DNA from: an uncultured Thermococci archaeon | Lineage (GTDB): Archaea > CAYQAE01 > CAYVLA01 | Assembly (NCBI GenBank): GCA_964549615.1 | Contig: CAZJVP010000020.1 | Location: 1 to 64,000, forward strand | Length of the DNA: 64,000 bases | Direction: 5' to 3' | In this document: in pieces, positions 49,190 through 58,697 of the stretch | Layout: every line of letters begins with the position of its first letter | How positions within the stretch are numbered: the first letter of the stretch is position 1 | Notes under the pieces: model-generated | The model's input: the letters and a program-made list of their open reading frames with translations, nothing else | The model's database searches: none | What the model was told of the DNA's origin: nothing | Program-made: the position numbers and the translations under genes

Positions 49190-50220
49190 GTGAGGTACCA
49201 TCCGAACTCGTGCAAGACTTCAAGCCCGAACTTCCTAGCATCAGCATCGGACATCCCCGTTGCGGCTGGAAGCACCGAACACAGCGCATCGTAGAGGTCC
49301 CTGGGGCTAGCGACCCTCGAGCCGCGCATGAGCGAGTACGCCTGGGTCTTCTCAAACATCTTGATGCTGGCCCTAACGCTCGCCGGCTTAGACCCCAAGT
49401 CCTCGTCCGTACGAGTTCTTTGCACCGCCCGACATATGGCCTCGACCATTTTGTCTTCGACCTGCACGCCGAGCTTGCGGGCTTCGTTGGCGATTATGGT
49501 GGATTCCTCGTGCACGGTCGCAGGATAGCTCATCTCGATCACGTCAACGCGGTCGAGCAGCACATCGATCAGCGGGACGTCGCCTGACTCTGGGGAGAGA
49601 TTGGAGGTCGCTATCATGAGGAACTCGGCCGGGTAGTCAACATCGTAGCCTGAGATCGTCGCCTTGCCCTCGTCGAGTACCTGCAGAAACGCCCCTTGCA
49701 GCCTCTGCGGCATCTTGGCTATCTCGTCGCAGAAGACGATTCCGTTGTTTCCCTTGAGCAGCTTCCCAGGGGTGAAGGCTCGATAGTCCGTCGGGGAATA
49801 CTTGAAGGCTGCGACTGGGTCGATGTCGCCCAGCAGGTCCTGGACCGTGAGATCCGGGCTGCCCTGAATCCTCACGAACCTCTCTAGTCCTGCGATGCGC
49901 CTCGTTGGAATGGACCTTCCCGCGTTTCCCGCCCTGGAGTACTTACTTGTGCAAACCGGGCACGAGATGCGATCGGGTTGACAGTTGAACTCGCATCCGT
50001 CGATCACTTCGATGGGACGAAGGAGCTTCGCCATCTCCTTTGCCATCGTCGTCTTTCCGCATCCCCTCGGACCCTTGAGGATCACGTCATGGCCCGCGAC
50101 GACCGACGCCAAGAACTGCTTCTTCGAATCCACCTGCCCAATTATCCGCGAGAGCGGGTCCTCGCCCCTCCTGACGTATTCGATCAGCGTCTCGCGCAGT
50201 TCCTCCTTGATCCCCATCAT
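49186..50220 (-). CDS. ChlI/MoxR-clade AAA+ ATPase
   Basis: GPRGCGKTT, C.FNC.P...CP.C insert, RIQGSPDLT..DLLGDIDP, FCDE, LLDR; ATGA overlap with the next gene. Confidence 0.9.
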   Translation of the reverse strand: MMGIKEELRETLIEYVRRGEDPLSRIIGQVDSKKQFLASVVAGHDVILKGPRGCGKTTMAKEMAKLLRPIEVIDGCEFNCQPDRISCPVCTSKYSRAGNAGRSIPTRRIAGLERFVRIQGSPDLTVQDLLGDIDPVAAFKYSPTDYRAFTPGKLLKGNNGIVFCDEIAKMPQRLQGAFLQVLDEGKATISGYDVDYPAEFLMIATSNLSPESGDVPLIDVLLDRVDVIEMSYPATVHEESTIIANEARKLGVQVEDKMVEAICRAVQRTRTDEDLGSKPASVRASIKMFEKTQAYSLMRGSRVASPRDLYDALCSVLPAATGMSDADARKFGLEVLHEFGWYLT

Positions 50221-50480
50221 CCCACCGGGGCATGACACCTGCGAGGCTCGCCGTTTAACTGTTTTCGAGCAGGATGAGTGGCATATCCATTCTGCCTTCA
50301 GCACGCAGGAATCCGATCCTCGATCAAGACGTGTGCAACAACCGTAACCCAGAGTTCAAGTCCGGACGATATGAAAACCGTTCGGGGCATCTGGCATCGA
50401 CAAGCGAACGGCGCTCCAATCGACCCGTCGGAGCGCCACAGCGCGGCGTAAGATTAATAAGTTAGACGAGCGGGCGCGCA

Positions 50481-51305
50481 GTGCCCGATGTCCGCTATGC
50501 TATCAGGGGGTTCCATTTGGACGAGTACATACTTTTTTCCAAGAATGGTGAGGGCTCATTCGAAGTCAAGATCCCTTTCTCGGCCGATTCGCTGAATCAA
50601 GTCTCGCATCTCTTGACGAAGGAGGGGCTCATTCTCCCGAAGACTGAGATCGAGAAGCTCTACTCGAGCTTGGAAGAACTCAAGGGCATGCTCGCCGAGA
50701 TGAAGAGGCAGAGCGAGCTCTCCAACCGCCTGATCCAAGATGTCCTCAGGAGAGGACTCAAAGAATCCGAACTCAAGGATGACCGAGCTCCTGTGTCCTC
50801 CGATGAGGTTGGGCCGGAGAGCAAGGAAGAGCCTGAGATACCGAAGGACAAGATATCCATCCTTCCCTCTCCTAAGACCAAGGCCTTTGAACTCATCAGC
50901 CGCCTCGCGAACCAGCACATGGACAAAGAGTTCACGACCGCCAACCTGACCCTATATGAGAAGCGGGTCTTCTCGTTGCTCGTGAAGAGGTACGAATTCG
51001 TGAAGAAGGTCAGGAAAGAGGGAAGGAACATCGTCTACCAGTTCACTGAGCGTGCCCTCGACTTGATATGCAAGGAGCTCGGCGGAACTACTTCCATCAC
51101 GGTTAGTTCCCGCGTCCGGTCGAAGAATCTGGAGGAGTTCATGGACAAGATGAAGGAGAGGTACCCGCACTTCTCGTACTCTTCCGTTCCCACCCGCTCG
51201 GCCTACAAGCAGTACAAGCTGTTTTTCTCGGACAAGTCGGTCAGGAAGTCGGTCGTCGATAACCTCACGCGGATGTTCGGGCCCACTGGCATCAGGATCT
51301 CCTAA
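50481..51305 (+). CDS. Hypothetical protein (coiled coil, acidic linker, possible wHTH)
   Basis: 274-aa ORF with archaeal Lys/Glu-rich composition; ATTAATAA upstream. Confidence 0.7.
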   Translation: MPDVRYAIRGFHLDEYILFSKNGEGSFEVKIPFSADSLNQVSHLLTKEGLILPKTEIEKLYSSLEELKGMLAEMKRQSELSNRLIQDVLRRGLKESELKDDRAPVSSDEVGPESKEEPEIPKDKISILPSPKTKAFELISRLANQHMDKEFTTANLTLYEKRVFSLLVKRYEFVKKVRKEGRNIVYQFTERALDLICKELGGTTSITVSSRVRSKNLEEFMDKMKERYPHFSYSSVPTRSAYKQYKLFFSDKSVRKSVVDNLTRMFGPTGIRIS

Positions 51306-52216
51306 GTCGGGCCCAGCTCGCCCGAATCCAAACCCTCGATGACCCTGAAGATCACATCCCCTAGGGCCTTGAGGCTGCGCGCGTCGATCTTGTCCAGGTC
51401 GTCCTTCGCCGTGTGCCAGTATGAATTGAGCGGCCCATAACGAAAATCGATGAGCAGGCACGAGGGAACGCCAATTGCCATGAACGGCACGTGGTCGTCC
51501 ATAACGGCGATCTGGGATAGCTTGAAGTGCCGACCGTATCCTAGATCCTTCGCCTTCCGCCACACGTACTCCACGAGATCTTGGTCCGAGTTCCGGTCTT
51601 TCCGGATGCCGAGATGCCTGTCGCCGATCATGTCAGCAACGATGAGCCACTCGGGCTTCTGCTCGTCGGCGCCGAGTTTCTCGGCAAGATGCCTGCTGCC
51701 GAAAAACATCGTGGCTAGGTCGTCGCCCACATCCTCGCCGTCGAAGAATACGATCCACACAGTGTGGTTGAGGGCCGTTGAAGCCAGCACCCTTGACAAC
51801 TCCAATAGCAGGCCGGAGCTGGAGCCCCCGTCATTTGCGCCCGGGATCTCCTTCGTGTCATAGTGGCCGCCGACGGCAATGATCCGCCCCGTCTTCCCCG
51901 GGATGACTCCGATGATGTTCTCCATCCGGTAAGTTGTACCTTTGTAAGTGGCCGAGAAAGCGTCGATCCAGACCTCCAGACCCAGGCTCGAGAGGTAGCC
52001 TGAGATGTACCGCCTGGCCTTGACTATCGAATCGGAGCCGATCGACCTCGGGCCGAGGCTAACCAACTCTTCGACGTGGGAGTAGGCCCGCGCACCGGAG
52101 AATGGCGTCGCGCTCTCGTTCCGCACGACGACCCTTGATCCGTTCGCGCCGATCGCGTAGAAGCTGGCGGCAGCCCCAGCAACCAGAATACAGAGAAACG
52201 CAGCCTGTTTGCGCAT
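51302..52216 (-). CDS. M28 peptidase / glutaminyl cyclase-like secreted protein
   Basis: G.R..GS, HYDT, GANDGGS, FFDGED, DMIG, DDH.PF, YWHT..D. Confidence 0.92.
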   Translation of the reverse strand: MRKQAAFLCILVAGAAASFYAIGANGSRVVVRNESATPFSGARAYSHVEELVSLGPRSIGSDSIVKARRYISGYLSSLGLEVWIDAFSATYKGTTYRMENIIGVIPGKTGRIIAVGGHYDTKEIPGANDGGSSSGLLLELSRVLASTALNHTVWIVFFDGEDVGDDLATMFFGSRHLAEKLGADEQKPEWLIVADMIGDRHLGIRKDRNSDQDLVEYVWRKAKDLGYGRHFKLSQIAVMDDHVPFMAIGVPSCLLIDFRYGPLNSYWHTAKDDLDKIDARSLKALGDVIFRVIEGLDSGELGPT

Positions 52217-52273
52217 GAGAAGATATTAATAAGACGCGGGGGCGCTTAATAAGCTTCTCCGAGATGGCCGGCG

Positions 52274-53767
52274 ATGAGAAGGCGCGCGCTGCTTCTGTGT
52301 CTCATCCTACTACCCTTCCCGGATGCGGCTTTCGCGTTCATAAGGGTCGAGAGGACGCCGTGTTCGCTCGCCGACCTGAAGGGCTTCACCTCCTACTGGA
52401 ACGACTCCTACATCTTGACGATCGATGATATGAAGCTGCGGCTGGTCACCGGGATCGCCCAGGTCTCCAGAGGCACGTCGATCGAGAAGCTCATCTGGGA
52501 TCCCGAGATCGTTTCCGTCATGATCGATGATGAAGAGATCATGCGCAGGGCTTCCATCGCGAATCGGGACTATATCGACAACGATCCTCTGACCCGCCTG
52601 CCCTTCTTGGGGATAGGAGGGCTTGCGTCGCCCTACAACTACGCGAAAGGGATACTGCCTTATTCCCCGCCTCCCGCAACCATTCGTTGGAATGATGCCG
52701 GGGAGGGCGGCCTGCTGAGCTGGAAGTCCCAATACTCCTACTCGCCTGGAGATGCAATCCTCTGGCTCAATCGCACCTTCATCCTGAATTCGAGCCTTGA
52801 TGTTGAGTGCAGTTACTGGGTCACTTCCGACTACACCGCAATTCAGCAGCAGATCAAAGTCACCAATGGCGAGCTGTCGCAATGTCTGCCTTTCCCTTTG
52901 GAAACCGCCTTCTCCCTGGGGGATGCATTGAGCGGGAAGGCCATCAGCCTGCCCAACATGACGCTGTCCCCTGAGAGGTACCTCACCTACCCCCGCGACG
53001 CCCTTCCGGAAGCATGGTACAACGAATCCTTCGGCGCGTTCATCCTGCCGGAGAAGATGTGGAAAGGTGAGGAACTGCCCGGGATGCTCTATGTTGAGTT
53101 CGACCTCGCCGACCGCGACTGGTTCGGGATGTGCGCTTTGACGAGCTATAGCTTCCAGCCGAGGATAGGCGTCGGCGTCAAGATCATCTCGACCGACATG
53201 CCCAGCGGATTCAGGCCATACTGCATCTTCGTATCCGGGGAAGATGATCATGTCATCATCGGCTTCAAGCCCTTCGATGTGCCGGGTCCGTATGGAGATT
53301 TCGTGCCAGCCACGCTGGCTCCGCGGGAGACGGTGTCGCTGGACCTTGTGTGGTTCTTCCCCCAGGCGGAAGAGGACACCATGTCCATCTCGGACTTGAC
53401 AAGGTGGGGAGACTCCGCCCTCAGCGTTCTTGCCTTCCACGCCAATAGGACGAGGGCCGAGGAACTCCTCGACCAAGCGAACGACCTTGCCCGCGAGGGG
53501 AAGGTGGACGACGCCATCGAGAAGGCCCAGGCCGCAGTCGGGATCTACCGGATCCTCGGCAACCTATCCGACGCCCTGTTTGAGGAGGCAAGAAAGGTCA
53601 ACGCAACGATAAGCACTTGGAGGAGCGCTGCCGCCAAGCGAACCCCCCACCCCGAGAAGGGCAGTCGGCTCGCGATCCTCGTCAGCACGACCCTAGTTTT
53701 GTCCTTGATCTTGGCATTGGCCGCTTGGATCTACGTGATCGAACCGCGCCGACCACGGAAGGGCTAG
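52274..53767 (+). CDS. Secreted protein with helical stalk and C-terminal TM anchor
   Basis: Signal peptide, beta-rich body, helical 'AEELLDQA...A...Y' segment, TM+RR. Confidence 0.7.
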   Translation: MRRRALLLCLILLPFPDAAFAFIRVERTPCSLADLKGFTSYWNDSYILTIDDMKLRLVTGIAQVSRGTSIEKLIWDPEIVSVMIDDEEIMRRASIANRDYIDNDPLTRLPFLGIGGLASPYNYAKGILPYSPPPATIRWNDAGEGGLLSWKSQYSYSPGDAILWLNRTFILNSSLDVECSYWVTSDYTAIQQQIKVTNGELSQCLPFPLETAFSLGDALSGKAISLPNMTLSPERYLTYPRDALPEAWYNESFGAFILPEKMWKGEELPGMLYVEFDLADRDWFGMCALTSYSFQPRIGVGVKIISTDMPSGFRPYCIFVSGEDDHVIIGFKPFDVPGPYGDFVPATLAPRETVSLDLVWFFPQAEEDTMSISDLTRWGDSALSVLAFHANRTRAEELLDQANDLAREGKVDDAIEKAQAAVGIYRILGNLSDALFEEARKVNATISTWRSAAAKRTPHPEKGSRLAILVSTTLVLSLILALAAWIYVIEPRRPRKG

Positions 53768-54228
53768 GCGACGTCATCTATCCTCGCGACCATTTCTATC
53801 GCGTCCTCGCCGTCCCTGTAGTACCCGCTCATGACCCCGACCTCCTTGTAACCCATGGAGCGGTACAGGTTTATGGCAGCGAGATTGCTCGCCCTTACTT
53901 CAAGCCTCACGAATCGCACGCCGAGCTTCCTGAACTCCGAGTTCACGGACCGGATGAGGAGTTTGGCCACGCCCTTCCTCCTCTCGTCCTCCCTGACCGC
54001 GATCGATATTATGTGCCCCTCGCTCCGATATCTGATGTCGGCGATAACGTACCCGACGATTCCCGACTGGTTCTCAGCGACGAGAAAGGTATAGGGATTG
54101 ACCTTTGCCAGGAAACGCAGATAGCCCAAGGGATACGGGTAGCGAAACGCACTCTCCTCTATCTTCAAAATCTCAGGAAGGTCGTTCTCGCGAACCGACC
54201 TTACCCTAAGCCCGAGTGGAACCTCCAT
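53764..54228 (-). CDS. rimI: RimI/Ard1-type N-acetyltransferase
   Basis: IE..AF..PY, HIISIAV...RRKGVA, LEVR.SN..A..LY, YY.DGEDA. Confidence 0.93.
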   Translation of the reverse strand: MEVPLGLRVRSVRENDLPEILKIEESAFRYPYPLGYLRFLAKVNPYTFLVAENQSGIVGYVIADIRYRSEGHIISIAVREDERRKGVAKLLIRSVNSEFRKLGVRFVRLEVRASNLAAINLYRSMGYKEVGVMSGYYRDGEDAIEMVARIDDVA

Positions 54229-54502
54229 ACCTGACTCCCAGGCGTGCAGGGCGCTTGCGGCACGGCTATAAATATGGCGACCAACCCGGGCTCGCATTCG
54301 GATCTGCATTTTGTCGCCGGCCAAGGTGTTCCTCATTCAACTCCGAATGGTCGTCCTCGATCCTTCTTAAGCCCTCTGGCCTGCCTGCCTCCGGCCGTCC
54401 GTCGACCCGTGCCCTTAACAGAAGGTTACTTCCAGAACGCTTTCAGTGTCGACTACCTAAGATATTTCAGTCCTTGCGCGCGCCTCTTCCTCTCAGGACG
54501 AT

Positions 54503-54919
54503 GTGAGCCTCTTGAGCAACAAGAGCCGTGGTTGCAGCTATGAGAGGCAGCTCGTCGACCTGTTGCACGACGCGGGTTTCGCCGCGGTTCGGGTCGCGGG
54601 CAGTGGAGCCATGGCCCTGCCGTGCCCCGACATCGTCGCATGCCGCAAGGGCACGATACTGGCCATAGAATGCAAGACCACAAGGAAGAACCAAGTCTAC
54701 ATATCGGACGAGCAGATTGATGATCTGAACAGGTACTCCCGTATTGCGGGGGCCCACCCATTCGTGGCGGTAAGATTCTCGCACCAGGAGTGGTATTTCT
54801 TCGCGCCGTCAACGATCCCGAAGACCAACCGCAGCACGTACGTCGTATCGAGACGGCTGGTGGCGGGGAACGGTCTGACGCTTGCAGACCTGGATGCCCT
54901 CGCCCACAAAGGTGCTTAG
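54503..54919 (+). CDS. hjc: Archaeal Holliday junction resolvase
   Basis: G..YEREL-like, R.AGSG, PDIVA, IECK. Confidence 0.93.
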   Translation: MSLLSNKSRGCSYERQLVDLLHDAGFAAVRVAGSGAMALPCPDIVACRKGTILAIECKTTRKNQVYISDEQIDDLNRYSRIAGAHPFVAVRFSHQEWYFFAPSTIPKTNRSTYVVSRRLVAGNGLTLADLDALAHKGA

Positions 54920-54922
54920 ATC

Positions 54923-56002
54923 TTGCAGATCCTGAAACTGGATCTGAAGAACGACACGGTCAAGCTCAGGACCGAGAACCTTGACGACCTGTGGGCGATA
55001 TACAACACCGTCCAGCCTGGCGATCTGGTCCGTGCGAGAACCCTGCGAAGAGAGAAAATACAGACCGATGATTCGCGTCCGGAAAGAGGAGTCAAGAGGC
55101 CGGTCGTCCTCACCGTCAGAGTCCAGAAGGTCGAGTTCCACAAGTATGTGAACATGGTGCGCCTGATCGGCACGATAGAGGAGGGAACCGATGTGGGCAG
55201 CCACCATTCGATCAACATCGAGGCAGGGACCGTTTTCTCGCTCGTGAGGAAGTGGAGGGACGCCGAGATAGAGCTGCTCAGGCAAGCCGTCAAGGAAGGT
55301 AACAAGCCAATGGTCCTGCTAGTCGCACTCGAGGAGGGGGACGCAAGCCTTGCCGTCGTCCGGCAGAGAGGAGTGGATTTCATCGACCAGGTCTCTGTAC
55401 ACATTCCGGGCAAGAGGGAACAGAGCGCGCGGGAGGCCGCAAGAAAGGAGTTCTACTCGATGCTGCTCAAGGCAATCGTCTCGGCCGCATCGTCCAGGGG
55501 GCTCAAACAGGCGGTCATCGTAGGCCCCGAGCTCATCCGAACGGGATTCAAGAAATTTGTGGAAGACCACCCCGAAGAGGTCGCGAAGATGAGCATCTCC
55601 TACGATACGTGTTTCAGCCCGGGAAGGACGGGCATCTACGAGGCCATTAGAAGGGGGGCGGTGGATAGGATAGTTGCGTCCAACCGGGTGTCCGCTGAGC
55701 TATCTGAGGTCGAGAGGTTCTTGGCCGAGGTTGCAAGAGAGGGCCGCGCGACGTACGGCTTGGCCGATGTCACGAACGCAGCGCGGATGGGGGCAGTCGA
55801 CACCCTGCTCATGACCGACCAGCTTTTCCGGGAAAGGAGGGATGAAGCCGATGCCCTTCTGCGCGAGGTCAAGAAGTATTCTGGGCGCCACATGATGGTG
55901 AGCACGGACCACGAGGGAGGCGCAAAGCTCCAGTCGCTGGGGGGCGTGGGGGCCTTCTTGAGGTATCAGATCGAGGCGCCAGCGGCGTCTCGCCGAAGTT
56001 AG
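54923..56002 (+). CDS. pelA: mRNA surveillance protein pelota
   Basis: ENLDDLW, G.HHS, IPGK, YG...V..A...GAV..LL, H.GG..L..LGG..A.LRY. Confidence 0.96.
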   Translation: MQILKLDLKNDTVKLRTENLDDLWAIYNTVQPGDLVRARTLRREKIQTDDSRPERGVKRPVVLTVRVQKVEFHKYVNMVRLIGTIEEGTDVGSHHSINIEAGTVFSLVRKWRDAEIELLRQAVKEGNKPMVLLVALEEGDASLAVVRQRGVDFIDQVSVHIPGKREQSAREAARKEFYSMLLKAIVSAASSRGLKQAVIVGPELIRTGFKKFVEDHPEEVAKMSISYDTCFSPGRTGIYEAIRRGAVDRIVASNRVSAELSEVERFLAEVAREGRATYGLADVTNAARMGAVDTLLMTDQLFRERRDEADALLREVKKYSGRHMMVSTDHEGGAKLQSLGGVGAFLRYQIEAPAASRRS

Positions 56003-56180
56003 GTTCGGCCCGACGCGTCGAGATCGGACGAATGCGAGGGAGGGGGAGCCTTAGCTGGACACCGGTAGATCCAACCTGGCGCAGGCGGCTGACGTGTTCT
56101 TCGCTCCACGGCAGCTGAATTTGGGTGCGCGGAGAGTGGGTTGAGAGATTTATACGGAGCACATCCCGGGCATATACCTG

Positions 56181-57380
56181 ATGAGGATCCTCATCACCAC
56201 GTGGGTCTTTCCCACCCACGGCGGCATCATCACGTTCCTAGATAGGGTAGTCCCCTGGTTCACCGCTTCCGGCCACGAATTCGATGTCGTGGCCATCGCG
56301 CCCGCTTCGGATGCATACAAACCCTTCCCCCATCTACCACCTGAGCGCATCCACGGCCTGGCTCAGATTCACCTGCCAAGGCCCTTCTCCTTCCCTCTGT
56401 TTCACTTCATCCTCAAGGTGCTCCGCACCGTAAGAAGGCGCGAATGTGAACTCATCTTCTGCCAGGACCCCTTCTTCAGCGGCATCCCCTCGCTTGTCGC
56501 CTCTAAGCTGTTGGGCATTCCTCTCATGGTCGCGGATCATGGCATGATCACGAACTTCACCGAGCGGGAGTACTGGTCCAACTTTGGATTTCGCATGGTG
56601 TCGCCGTGGCAGTGGATCTCGAGACTTGTCATGAAGGCCGTCTTGTCCGGTGCTACGCTCGTGTATGCCCCTGGCCCCGATGTTGCCCAGCGAATACGCA
56701 CGTTCTTCGGCGAAGCGGCGTCGGAGAAGGCCCGGACCTTCCCAATCGGGATAGATACCGACCGCTTTCAGCCAAGAAAGGAGGTCAGGGAGGCGGTCAG
56801 AGCCGAGCTGTCGTTGGGCCGGTCTTTGACCGCGATCTTCGTCGGACGCCTTCACGTTGAGAGCGGGCTCGAGCACCTCATAGAGGCTGTGGGGCTGCTT
56901 CGCAGCGATGAAAGGCCGGTCGTTCTCGTCGTCGGGGACGGAGTGTTGAGACCGAGGTATGTGAGCCTCGCCGAGGCCAGAGCGCCCGGCGTCTTTCGTT
57001 TTCTTGGGTACAGCGACCGCGTGCCGGAATATCTCAACGCAGCCGACATCTTCGTCTTCCCCAAGGTCTTTGCGGGCGGCTACTCGATCTCGCTGAGGGA
57101 GGCGATGGCAGTGGGCCTGCCCTGCATCGCGACGGCGGGGGTGGACTCCCATGACCTGATCATAGAGTCCGGCACGAACGGCGTGCTGGTCCCCCCCAAG
57201 GACTCGGTCTCCCTCTCAAAGGAGATCGAGCGACTTCTTTCCGATCCGGATCTCCGAGAACGCCTGGGTTCCCAAGCAAGGCGCACAATCTTGGAGCGAT
57301 TCAGCATGGAGACTTTCCGCTCGCAGATGGAGAGACTTCTCTCGGAGGCAGCAGGGCCGCGTACGCGTCCCTCAGGATAG
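56181..57380 (+). CDS. GT4 glycosyltransferase
   Basis: MRILI, GID..RF, FVGRL, FLG, ADIFV.P, EAMA.G.P. Confidence 0.9.
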   Translation: MRILITTWVFPTHGGIITFLDRVVPWFTASGHEFDVVAIAPASDAYKPFPHLPPERIHGLAQIHLPRPFSFPLFHFILKVLRTVRRRECELIFCQDPFFSGIPSLVASKLLGIPLMVADHGMITNFTEREYWSNFGFRMVSPWQWISRLVMKAVLSGATLVYAPGPDVAQRIRTFFGEAASEKARTFPIGIDTDRFQPRKEVREAVRAELSLGRSLTAIFVGRLHVESGLEHLIEAVGLLRSDERPVVLVVGDGVLRPRYVSLAEARAPGVFRFLGYSDRVPEYLNAADIFVFPKVFAGGYSISLREAMAVGLPCIATAGVDSHDLIIESGTNGVLVPPKDSVSLSKEIERLLSDPDLRERLGSQARRTILERFSMETFRSQMERLLSEAAGPRTRPSG

Positions 57381-58494
57381 CCTCCATCTTGCTCCAGCTG
57401 TATTTCTCCTGGCAACGCCTAGCGGAAGATGCCATCGCCTCGTAGACATGGCGGTCGGACCTAAGCGTTCGAATTGCCTGCGCGATCGCTCCGATGTCGC
57501 ACGGGTCTACAACGATGCCGTTTCCCTCTGTCGAAACAAGCCTACTTTTCTCACCTATGTTGGATACGATTATGGGCTTCCCGGCCGCGATGGACTCGAA
57601 CAGCTTGTTGGGAATGGTCAAGACGTTGTTGGGATCCGTTGCCTTGTACAGCGCAAGAAGCGCATCTGCAGCCGCATCGTACTTCGGAACGTCCTCCGGG
57701 TCTATCTCGCCTCCGAAGATGACCTTCTCCTCGGCCCCCAGCCTCTTCACAAGCGACCGCAGGTCCGCCTCCAACGGACCATATCCGCCCATGAACAGCT
57801 TCACCCCTTCCAGCCTAGACACGGCTTCCACGACCTCCTCCAAGCCCCGCCCGGCAAAGAGCCCCCCTACGTAGAGGACCAGCAACTCATCCGCCCTAGC
57901 AAGGGAGCGTCGGATCTCCAACGCCCCTTGCAGGTGAGCCGGCAGCGGATCGAAGCAGTTCATGACCACGATGACCTTGGCGGCGCCTGCGCGAGTGGCG
58001 ATGTCCGCTATCGCCCCGCTGGTAGCGATTACCAGGTCCGCCCTTCGGATGAGCATGGGCTCGACGAATCTCAGGAACCAGACCAAAGCCCGCGGGGCAA
58101 AAGTCGAGATGAAATCAGGATACGACTCGTGCATGTCGTACACAAGGATGGCCCGTCTGAGCCTGGAAACGAGCAGGCCGGGAACGAGGGTATCCATGTC
58201 GTGGCAATGGACGGCGTCCACGCCGATTCGCATCGACTTGAGGAGGAGATTGATGTAGAAAAGCAGGAAACCGGGCACGAGGGGCAGGAAACGCCCGTAT
58301 GGGGCCCGAACCCTGATCCTGTAAACCTTCACGCCATCAACGATCTCTTCGTGCGGAAGGCGGCATTCCCGGTCCCAGCAGATTATACGAACCTCGTATC
58401 CACTTCGTTGGAGCGAGAGAGCCTCCCTCTTTACCCGCAGGTCCGGCTTGAAGGGATTTGCCAGGAACATTGAAACGCTGGGCAACGCTGTCAC
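57301..58494 (-). CDS. GT4 glycosyltransferase
   Basis: D.RV..EA.SL, HCHD.DT, YD.HE, PNKLFE..A.GKP; 3' end overlaps the convergent GT4. Confidence 0.9.
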   Translation of the reverse strand: MTALPSVSMFLANPFKPDLRVKREALSLQRSGYEVRIICWDRECRLPHEEIVDGVKVYRIRVRAPYGRFLPLVPGFLLFYINLLLKSMRIGVDAVHCHDMDTLVPGLLVSRLRRAILVYDMHESYPDFISTFAPRALVWFLRFVEPMLIRRADLVIATSGAIADIATRAGAAKVIVVMNCFDPLPAHLQGALEIRRSLARADELLVLYVGGLFAGRGLEEVVEAVSRLEGVKLFMGGYGPLEADLRSLVKRLGAEEKVIFGGEIDPEDVPKYDAAADALLALYKATDPNNVLTIPNKLFESIAAGKPIIVSNIGEKSRLVSTEGNGIVVDPCDIGAIAQAIRTLRSDRHVYEAMASSARRCQEKYSWSKMEAILRDAYAALLPPREVSPSASGKSPC

Positions 58495-58697
58495 ACCCGT
58501 GAGGGGATCGAAAAAGCTTTCCTTGGGCGCGTCTGGACGATCCACGCACAAGAGGCCATGAAGGAGAGGTATTTTAGCATGCTCAGCCGCCCGGTCGCGC
58601 TCCGGTCAGAAGTTGGCAGCGCGGTTGACCCGAGCCGTGCAGTCCCGCTTGCCAAATGTAGTCCGGAGGATCGTCCAATAGGGAGGCACCGGCGCAC

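Noticed and set aside
46502-50220. Magnesium chelatase / chlorophyll synthesis
   Set aside because: No chlH/cobN or tetrapyrrole genes are in the window; ChlI-like ATPases are widespread in non-phototrophs, and the TM insert is unlike ChlD.
52310-53476. 388-aa minus-strand ORF
   Set aside because: Antisense to a gene with a clear signal peptide and TM anchor; shadow-like composition.
57448-58473. 341-aa plus-strand ORF
   Set aside because: Antisense shadow of the GT4 gene.
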